Shown in pieces: positions 57,662 through 64,000 of a stretch of 64,000 nt of DNA (positions are counted from its first letter, which is position 1; each line of letters begins with the position of its first letter). Origin of the DNA: Acidobacteriota bacterium (GTDB lineage Bacteria; Acidobacteriota; UBA890; WLXD01); assembly GCA_965248695.1 (NCBI GenBank), contig CBDFKD010000002.1, positions 2,432,001-2,496,000 of the forward strand, given 5' to 3'. The position numbers and the translations under genes are program-made. A model generated the notes under the pieces. That model did not search any database and was not told where the DNA came from. It saw only the letters and a list, made by a program, of their open reading frames with translations.

Positions 57662-57770
57662 CGCGAAAAGTGCCTTTGCAGAGTTTGACCCCGAGCGACC
57701 GGCGCCGTCACGACACGCCCCGGACGCGTCGCGACATCCCTCCGACGCTTTAGTGCACGCTGCGGACGCG

Positions 57771-57803
57771 TCAGTCCCCCGCCTTGACGATCTCCTTCAG
57801 GTA
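57771..57803 (-). pseudogene. Rieske oxygenase C-terminal remnant (YLKEIVKAGD*)
   Basis: Resembles 3440-3472 and 5701-5733. Confidence 0.6.
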
Positions 57804-58020
57804 TCTGCTCGCCTCTTGCCGCAGCGGACGCGTCGGGCGCGAACGCTGCCGTGGCGAACGCGTCGGTCATGGCTCACGCCGGGTCGCCTGCGCATGCGCT
57901 GCCTGACTTAAGCGCCGATCGGGAGTCGATAGAATCGCCGACCGTCCCTGATAGCCTACGGCATCGCGCTACGCAACAACCCTCGCGGCGGCAACGGGAT
58001 GCCGACCCCGGGCAGCAACG

Positions 58021-59679
58021 ATGGAGACAGCCATGAACGTGGCCCGCGCCGTGATCGAGATCCTGAAGCGCGAGGGCGTGGAGCTCGTCGTCGGCTATCC
58101 CGTGAACCCCGTCCTGGAGGCCGCGGCGGAGGCGGACGTGAGGCCCATCATCGTGCGCCAGGAGCGCACCGGGCTGCACATGGCGGACGCCATCGGTCGC
58201 CTGAGCTGCGGCGATCGGATCGGCGTCTTCGCCATGCAGCTCGGCCCGGGGACGGAAAACTCCTTCGGCGGGGTCGCGCAGGCCTATGCGGATTCGGCGC
58301 CCATCCTGGTATTGCCCAGCGGCTACCCGCGCGACCGCATGAACGTGGCGCCGAACTTCAGCGCCTGCGCGAACTTCCGCAACATCACCAAGCATAGCGA
58401 GCTGCTGCCAGGACCGGAGTTGCTCGCCGACACGATGCGGCGAGCGTTCGCGCAGCTGCGCAACGGCCGGCCGGGCCCGGTGCTAGTGGAGATCCCGGAC
58501 GACGTGTTCGAGGAAACCGTCGCCGAGCCGCTCGCCTACGATCCCGTGGTAGCCACGCGCTACGGGCCGGATCCCGACGCCGTCGCCGAGGTCGCCGCGG
58601 TGCTCTCGGCGGCGGAACGACCGGTGATCTACGCCGGGCAGGGCGTGCACTACGCCCGCGCCTGGGATCCGCTGCGGCGGCTCGCCGAGCGACTCGCGGC
58701 GCCGGTAACCACCAGCCTGCAGGGCAAGAGCGCGTTTCCCGAGAGCCACCCGCTGGCGCTCGGCTCCGGTGGGCTGGCCATGCCGCGCCCAGTACACAGC
58801 TTCCTGCGCGACGCCGACGTCATCTTCGGCATCGGCTGCAGCTTCACCCGCACCTGGTACGGGCTGGACATGCCCGCCGGCCCGACGATCGTGCACGCGA
58901 CCCTCGATCCCGCCGACCTGGACAAGGACCTGCGCGTGCACCATGCGCTGCTGGGTGATGCACGACTGACCCTCGACGCCCTGCTGGCCGAGTTGGGCGA
59001 CGGGCCGCATCCCCGCGCCGAGGAGCGTCGCTCGACGCTTCCCGGCCGTATCGCGACCACGAAAGAGGCCTGGCTGCGAGAGTGGGCGCCGCTTCGGAGC
59101 TCCGACGAGGTGCCCCTGTCACCCTACCGTGTGCTGCGAGAGCTGTCCGAGACCGTCGATCGCGACCGGACGGTGATCACCCACGACGCCGGCAGCCCGC
59201 GCGACCAGCTGTCGCCGTTCTGGGAGTGCGACGCCCCGCTGAGCTACATTGGCTGGGGCAAGACCACACAGCTGGGGTACGGCCTCGGCCTGGCCATGGG
59301 CGCCAAGCTCGCCGAGCCCGACAAGCTGTGCATCAACGTCTGGGGGGACGCCGCCATCGGCTTCACCGGCATGGACATCGAGACGGCAGTGCGCGAGCGC
59401 ATTCCCATCCTGTCGATCCTGCTCAACAACTTCTCCATGGCTATCGAGCTGCCCGTGATGCCGGTGGCGACGGAGAAGTACCGCAGCACCGACATCTCCG
59501 GCAACTACGCAGAGCTCGCCCGTGCGCTCGGCGCCTATGGCGAGCGCGTTACCGAGCCACGAGAGATCGCGCCGGCCATCCGTCGCGGCGTCGAGCAAAC
59601 GCGCGACGGAACCCCGGCGCTGCTGGAGTTCATCACCGCCAAGGAGACGCGCGTCTCCACCTTCGCAGATGGTTCCTGA
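58021..59679 (+). CDS. Thiamine pyrophosphate-requiring enzyme (acetolactate synthase-like)
   Basis: RQERTGLHMAD, GPG, GRPGPVLVEIP, WGDAA...NN TPP motif. Confidence 0.92.
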   Translation: METAMNVARAVIEILKREGVELVVGYPVNPVLEAAAEADVRPIIVRQERTGLHMADAIGRLSCGDRIGVFAMQLGPGTENSFGGVAQAYADSAPILVLPSGYPRDRMNVAPNFSACANFRNITKHSELLPGPELLADTMRRAFAQLRNGRPGPVLVEIPDDVFEETVAEPLAYDPVVATRYGPDPDAVAEVAAVLSAAERPVIYAGQGVHYARAWDPLRRLAERLAAPVTTSLQGKSAFPESHPLALGSGGLAMPRPVHSFLRDADVIFGIGCSFTRTWYGLDMPAGPTIVHATLDPADLDKDLRVHHALLGDARLTLDALLAELGDGPHPRAEERRSTLPGRIATTKEAWLREWAPLRSSDEVPLSPYRVLRELSETVDRDRTVITHDAGSPRDQLSPFWECDAPLSYIGWGKTTQLGYGLGLAMGAKLAEPDKLCINVWGDAAIGFTGMDIETAVRERIPILSILLNNFSMAIELPVMPVATEKYRSTDISGNYAELARALGAYGERVTEPREIAPAIRRGVEQTRDGTPALLEFITAKETRVSTFADGS

Positions 59680-59761
59680 TTGCCGGGGTAGTGGACTCTG
59701 TGGTGCAGGGGCACACAGGACCACAAAAGGTCCACGTTGGAGGAGTTGATAGACGGTCGCG

Positions 59762-60020
59762 TTAGGAGACGACAATCGGCTCCGGTGCCATCGTCGTGAG
59801 CGAGCCGCATCCATCTTTCTCGTAGATGAAGGTATCGATCAGCGCTGTGCTGCCGGTGGCGAAACTCTCGTAGTTGGTCACCTGGCGCTCTTGGAAGACC
59901 CAATCCGACCGATCTTCCTCGCCGACGGTGAATTCGAACCAACCGCACCAATCGGGGGGAAAGCTGATCCCCAGCTCATAGCCACCAAGCCAGCCCGGCC
60001 GTTCATCTCGTAGAGATCCT
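59762..60020 (-). pseudogene. 3' remnant of an M24 hydrolase paralog with internal deletion
   Basis: Highly similar to 53492-53725, then jumps to sequence matching ~53849-53873. Confidence 0.85.
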
Positions 60021-60131
60021 CAACTGGTAGTCTGCAAGAAGGTATAGCCGAGCGGTCCCAACACCCCTGCCTTCAGGGGCCGAACCGCTTGCGTGAGCAG
60101 CGTGTGTCTATCGGTCACCAAGAGTACAAAA

Positions 60132-60620
60132 ATGGCTGATTCGTACAACATCCGACCAGTCGCCGCGGAGGACCACTCCGATTGGCTCACGCTGTGGCGG
60201 CATTACCTCGTCTTCTACGAGTCGTCACTACCTGAGGCCACAACGGCGCTGCTGTGGCGGCGATTGCTGGATCCGGAACACCCATTTCGCTGCTTCGTCG
60301 CCGTCGATACGAATACTCAGCGCCTAGTCGGGATTGTGCACTTCTTCGCACATCCTGATACCTGGGAGTCCGTGCTCGCCTGTTACCTGCAAGACCTGTA
60401 CGTCGACGAGCCCGCGCGGGGCGGCGGCGTGGGCGCCGCACTTATCGAAGCCGTTCGCGACGAATCGGAGCGTTGTGGTTGGGCCTCCGTCTACTGGCAT
60501 ACCATGCACGACAATACGCGGGCACGCGGGCTATACGACAAGCTCACCGGAGGGACGGATGGCTTTGTCACCTATCGGCTGAGCCGAACTCCGCCCCCGG
60601 CGGCAACGTCATCGGATTAA
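60132..60620 (+). CDS. GNAT family N-acetyltransferase
   Basis: CYLQDLYVDEPARGGGVGAALI; DNTRARGLYDK. Confidence 0.92.
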   Translation: MADSYNIRPVAAEDHSDWLTLWRHYLVFYESSLPEATTALLWRRLLDPEHPFRCFVAVDTNTQRLVGIVHFFAHPDTWESVLACYLQDLYVDEPARGGGVGAALIEAVRDESERCGWASVYWHTMHDNTRARGLYDKLTGGTDGFVTYRLSRTPPPAATSSD

Positions 60621-60637
60621 ACCTAGAGGAGGAGAGG

Positions 60638-61057
60638 ATGGGCGCTTTGGAAAACGCCAAGAAGTTCTTGGAGGCTTGTGATGCGGCAGCGGGATGGGAG
60701 GCCTGTAAGGAGTATGTCGCTGATGGTGCGACGTTCAACGCGCAGAGTGAACCGCTGGTCGACATACACACGGTCGAGGCCTACTGCGAGTGGATGGATG
60801 GCTTTGGCAACGTGACGGTTCCCGGCAATAGCTACGACCTACACACCTCTTCTTATGACGACGCAACGAGAAACGCGGTTTTCTTCGCGACGTTTCACGC
60901 CACGCACTCTGGCGACGGTGGTCCGGTGCCTCCGACCAACAAGGCAACGAGCACACACTATGTCTACGTCCTGACCATGAACGAGAGCGACAAAGTCGAG
61001 CGCATGATCAAGATATGGAATGCCCCGTGGGCGATGAAGGAGCTCGGCTGGATGTAG
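60638..61057 (+). CDS. SnoaL/NTF2-like protein
   Basis: KFLEACD...GWEAC...THSGDGGPVPPT...YVYVL...KIWN. Confidence 0.75.
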   Translation: MGALENAKKFLEACDAAAGWEACKEYVADGATFNAQSEPLVDIHTVEAYCEWMDGFGNVTVPGNSYDLHTSSYDDATRNAVFFATFHATHSGDGGPVPPTNKATSTHYVYVLTMNESDKVERMIKIWNAPWAMKELGWM

Positions 61058-61151
61058 CTTCCCGCCGTCCTCTCCTGAACGCTGAGGGACAGCAAGTCCC
61101 GGGGGTTCCGCGATCAGGTTCGCCCGGCCCACCGTTACGCAGGGGGACACC

Positions 61152-61931
61152 GTGCGACGCAGGCTGCTGATATCGAACCTTGTCTTGATCCTCCTCACAG
61201 CCGGCTGTGCGGGTAGCCAGCAGGCTGTGACGCGGCCCGACGAAGCGCCGGCTGGGGCCGGCGACGATCAGTTTCTGTTGACCTACCCCAACCTGGCGAA
61301 GCCTGGCGGCGAGGTGCTGCTCGAGAACGAGCTCGTCGTCGTGCAGCGGTTCGTCGTGGGCCCGGGCGAATGGGAGGGGATCCACTCTCATCCCGGGAAC
61401 CAGGTTTTCGTGCATGTCAAGGGCGGGCAATGGTCCGGCCGCAGCGGAGGAGGCGAGGCTGTCCTCGGCGCCGACCGTGAGGACGGTGCGGTGGGATGGA
61501 TGGCCCCGATCCCCCTCAGCGAGGGGCACGAATCGGGCAACACCGGTGATGCCCCGATCGACTTGATCTGGGTGACGCTGAAGAACGATGCGCCGATTGC
61601 GGCCGCCGACACACAGGTTGTAATGACCTATCCGAACTTGGCGGATCCTGATGGTGAGGTGCTGCTCGAGAACGAGCTCGTCGTCGTGCAGCGGTTTGTC
61701 CTCCGCCCCGGTGAGTGGGAGGGCATCCACTCGCATCCGGGCAACCAGGTGTACATCCACATCAAGGGAGGCATCTGGTCGGGACGCCGCGGCGGCGTGC
61801 AAGGCGATCCGTCGCCGTTCTCGGAGACCGGGTCCGTCGGCTGGTCGAACGCGGTTCCCCTGAGCGCACAGCACGAATCGGGCAACACCGGCAACACCAC
61901 GATCGACCTGATCTGGGTGACGCTCAAGTAA
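61152..61931 (+). CDS. Lipoprotein with two tandem cupin domains
   Basis: Lipobox TAGC; duplicated GEVLLENELVVVQRF...HSHPGNQ...HESGNTG. Confidence 0.85.
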   Translation: MRRRLLISNLVLILLTAGCAGSQQAVTRPDEAPAGAGDDQFLLTYPNLAKPGGEVLLENELVVVQRFVVGPGEWEGIHSHPGNQVFVHVKGGQWSGRSGGGEAVLGADREDGAVGWMAPIPLSEGHESGNTGDAPIDLIWVTLKNDAPIAAADTQVVMTYPNLADPDGEVLLENELVVVQRFVLRPGEWEGIHSHPGNQVYIHIKGGIWSGRRGGVQGDPSPFSETGSVGWSNAVPLSAQHESGNTGNTTIDLIWVTLK

Positions 61932-61947
61932 CGGTTGACGAGCGCCC

Positions 61948-62976
61948 CTACTGTCCCGATCCGCAGGCCGAGCGCTGGAAGCACAGGCCCTCTCCGTCGT
62001 CCGGCACGGTGCCCGTCTTGTCGAGGATACCGTCGAGCCGCAGGTGTGCGATCGAAGGGCCACCCTCCCCAACCGTGACCAGGGTTATGTGGTCGAATGC
62101 CATTGTGCTGTTGGACTGACCACCACCGGTGGTCCCGAGCATGATGTAGTCGCGACCGTTCCTCATGGCATGCGACAGCGTGTGTCGGTGCCCGTTGAAC
62201 AAGGTGTACGGACGATCCGACAGAGCCGCCTCGATCGCTGCGAACTCGGGGTCCTGGCCCTCCACCCAGACCGGCTTGTGCATGAACAGCATCGTCCATC
62301 GAACACCCGGATTGTCGGCCAGGGCAGCACGGAAATAGTCCGACTGTTGCGGACCGATATCCCCGGTCCGACGCTCGGGTATCTGGGAGTACTCCATCTC
62401 CTCGACGCCTCCGGCGCCCTGCGCACGAGCCTCGACTGCTGCCTCGCGAGCCTGGTAGATCTGGTGCATGCGCTCGTCCGTGTAGTCCTCGGTGTCGAGC
62501 ACCAGGAAGAGCACGTTCTTGTAGACGAAGTGGTAGTAACGAGGGCCGTGCCGCTGCGCCCAGACATCACGCATCACCCGGTTTGTGAGGTCGTGGTTTC
62601 CACCGACGCGAAAGACCGGGGCGGATGCCTGGTCGGCGCGAGCGTCGAAGGCATCCCATTCGCTCGTCAGCTTTGCCAGATCTTCGCTGTAGCCGTCGAT
62701 CAGGTCGCCGACGCTGAGGATCAGCTCGGGCCGCAGCAGCGAGAGCTGCCGCACCGCGACCTCGAATATTCGGGCCCTTTCGGAACCGTTGAGATCTGAG
62801 AAGACGGCGAACGTGAACTTTCCATCTTCATCGTCGAACTCCTCGTGCGTCCACGGTGTCGCTGCCGAGGGCAGGTCGTGTTCGAAGTCGTCGGGAGTGG
62901 GGCCGGAGCATCCAGTCGCAACGCAAATGAACGGAAGCGTGCACCGAAGGACCAGCGACAAAGGACGGGGCATCAC
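61948..62976 (-). CDS. Calcineurin-like metallophosphoesterase (lipoprotein)
   Basis: FSDLN, VGDLID, GNHD, FMHKP, NGHRH. Confidence 0.9.
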   Translation of the reverse strand: MMPRPLSLVLRCTLPFICVATGCSGPTPDDFEHDLPSAATPWTHEEFDDEDGKFTFAVFSDLNGSERARIFEVAVRQLSLLRPELILSVGDLIDGYSEDLAKLTSEWDAFDARADQASAPVFRVGGNHDLTNRVMRDVWAQRHGPRYYHFVYKNVLFLVLDTEDYTDERMHQIYQAREAAVEARAQGAGGVEEMEYSQIPERRTGDIGPQQSDYFRAALADNPGVRWTMLFMHKPVWVEGQDPEFAAIEAALSDRPYTLFNGHRHTLSHAMRNGRDYIMLGTTGGGQSNSTMAFDHITLVTVGEGGPSIAHLRLDGILDKTGTVPDDGEGLCFQRSACGSGQ

Positions 62977-63150
62977 GGTCGTCTCCTCCCGGTAGGAGCC
63001 AAATGATTTGTAGTCGAGAAACGGTGCCTTCGATGTCGGCTCGTAGCGTTGTTCCGCCGCACTCTGCCAGGATCTCCGCTAAGTTGACAACGCCGTATTC
63101 CAAGCGCTTCGCGCTCGCGCTCGCCCTCGCCGTGATCCAGGAGACTGACC

Positions 63151-64000
63151 ATGCGTCGCGTTCTCGCAGTTGTTGCCGTGTTGCTGTTTTCTTCCGCTGC
63201 CTGGTCGCAACAAGGCCGGCAGGGCTACTACCGTTATCCGACGCTACATGGCGATACGTTGGTATTCGCTGCCGAGGGCGACCTGTGGCAGGTACCCACG
63301 ACCGGCGGGCTGGCGCAGCGGCTGACCACCCACGCGGCCGAAGAGAGCCACCCGACGATATCGCCGGACGGCCGCACGCTGGCCTATCGCGGCAACTACG
63401 AAGGCGTGGCCGAGGTGTACACGATGCCGTTGGCGGGCGGGCTGCCGCAGCGGCAGACCTATGAGGCTGATCCCTCGACGCCCGTCGGATGGACGCCGTC
63501 CGGCGAGCTCGTGTACACCACCGCCAGCTACTCGACGTTGCCCAAGCGTCAGCTGGTCGAGCTCGACATGGACGCCAACACGCGCAGCGTCGTGCCGCTG
63601 GCTGATGCGAGCGAGGCTGCCTACGGCGACGATGGCTCGACGGTCTTCTTCGTCCGCCCGGCCTTCCACGGCAACGTCACCAAGCGCTACACGGGCGGAA
63701 CCGCGCGCAAGATCTGGAAGTACGCCTCGGGTTCGGCCGAGGCTGAACCGCTCACCGCCGACTACGACGGCGAGAGCCACACGCCGATGTGGTGGAACGA
63801 CCGGGTGTACTTTGTGACTCCTCGCGACGGCACGATGAACATCTGGTCGATGAACCAATCGGGCGACGATTTCCAGCAGCACACGCAGCACAGCGGCTGG
63901 GACGTGAAGGAAGCGTCGCTCTCCGAAGGGCATATTGCCTACCAGGTCGGTGCCGATATCTGGACTTTCGTTATCGCCGCGGACTCGTATGCGTTGGTGC
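63151..64000 (+). CDS. Tricorn protease-like S41 peptidase, N-terminal part (partial)
   Basis: Manual translation MRRVLAVVAVLLFSSAAWSQQGRQGYYRYPTLHGDTLVFAAEGDLW...KRYTGGTARKIW; absent from the ORF track because it runs off the window end. Confidence 0.88.
   Translation, partial: MRRVLAVVAVLLFSSAAWSQQGRQGYYRYPTLHGDTLVFAAEGDLWQVPTTGGLAQRLTTHAAEESHPTISPDGRTLAYRGNYEGVAEVYTMPLAGGLPQRQTYEADPSTPVGWTPSGELVYTTASYSTLPKRQLVELDMDANTRSVVPLADASEAAYGDDGSTVFFVRPAFHGNVTKRYTGGTARKIWKYASGSAEAEPLTADYDGESHTPMWWNDRVYFVTPRDGTMNIWSMNQSGDDFQQHTQHSGWDVKEASLSEGHIAYQVGADIWTFVIAADSYALV

Noticed and set aside
57721-57835. Three CGGACGCGTC copies in an intergenic gap
   Set aside because: Short, GC-rich and irregularly spaced; no function can be supported

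Overview
GC-rich bacterial accessory region (gene content suggests Acidobacteriota; inference only), rich in exported catabolic enzymes: PQQ/beta-propeller proteins, Tat-signal Rieske oxygenases, amidohydrolases and peptidases. The central structure is a ~27 kb tandem array (20044-47155) ending in one intact tRNA-Arg(TCT) at 47082-47155. Upstream lie seven copies of the tRNA 5' half (39 nt, ending at the anticodon loop CTTCTAA). They delimit seven 2.5-6.4 kb cassettes with two families of conserved ends (type A: paired GGGCACA repeats plus 10-bp-phased TTGG; type B: paired TTGGCA repeats plus phased TTGT). No integrase is present in the window. One cassette holds an intact Ser/Thr kinase-TolB gene. 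Others keep only that gene family's last codons, first codons and/or promoter around unrelated cargo, suggesting a non-autonomous, tRNA-targeted cassette system whose payload is swapped inside a kinase 'chassis'. A HigBA toxin-antitoxin pair sits at the left border. Two apparently identical IS3-family copies and many short gene-terminus scars occur outside the array.
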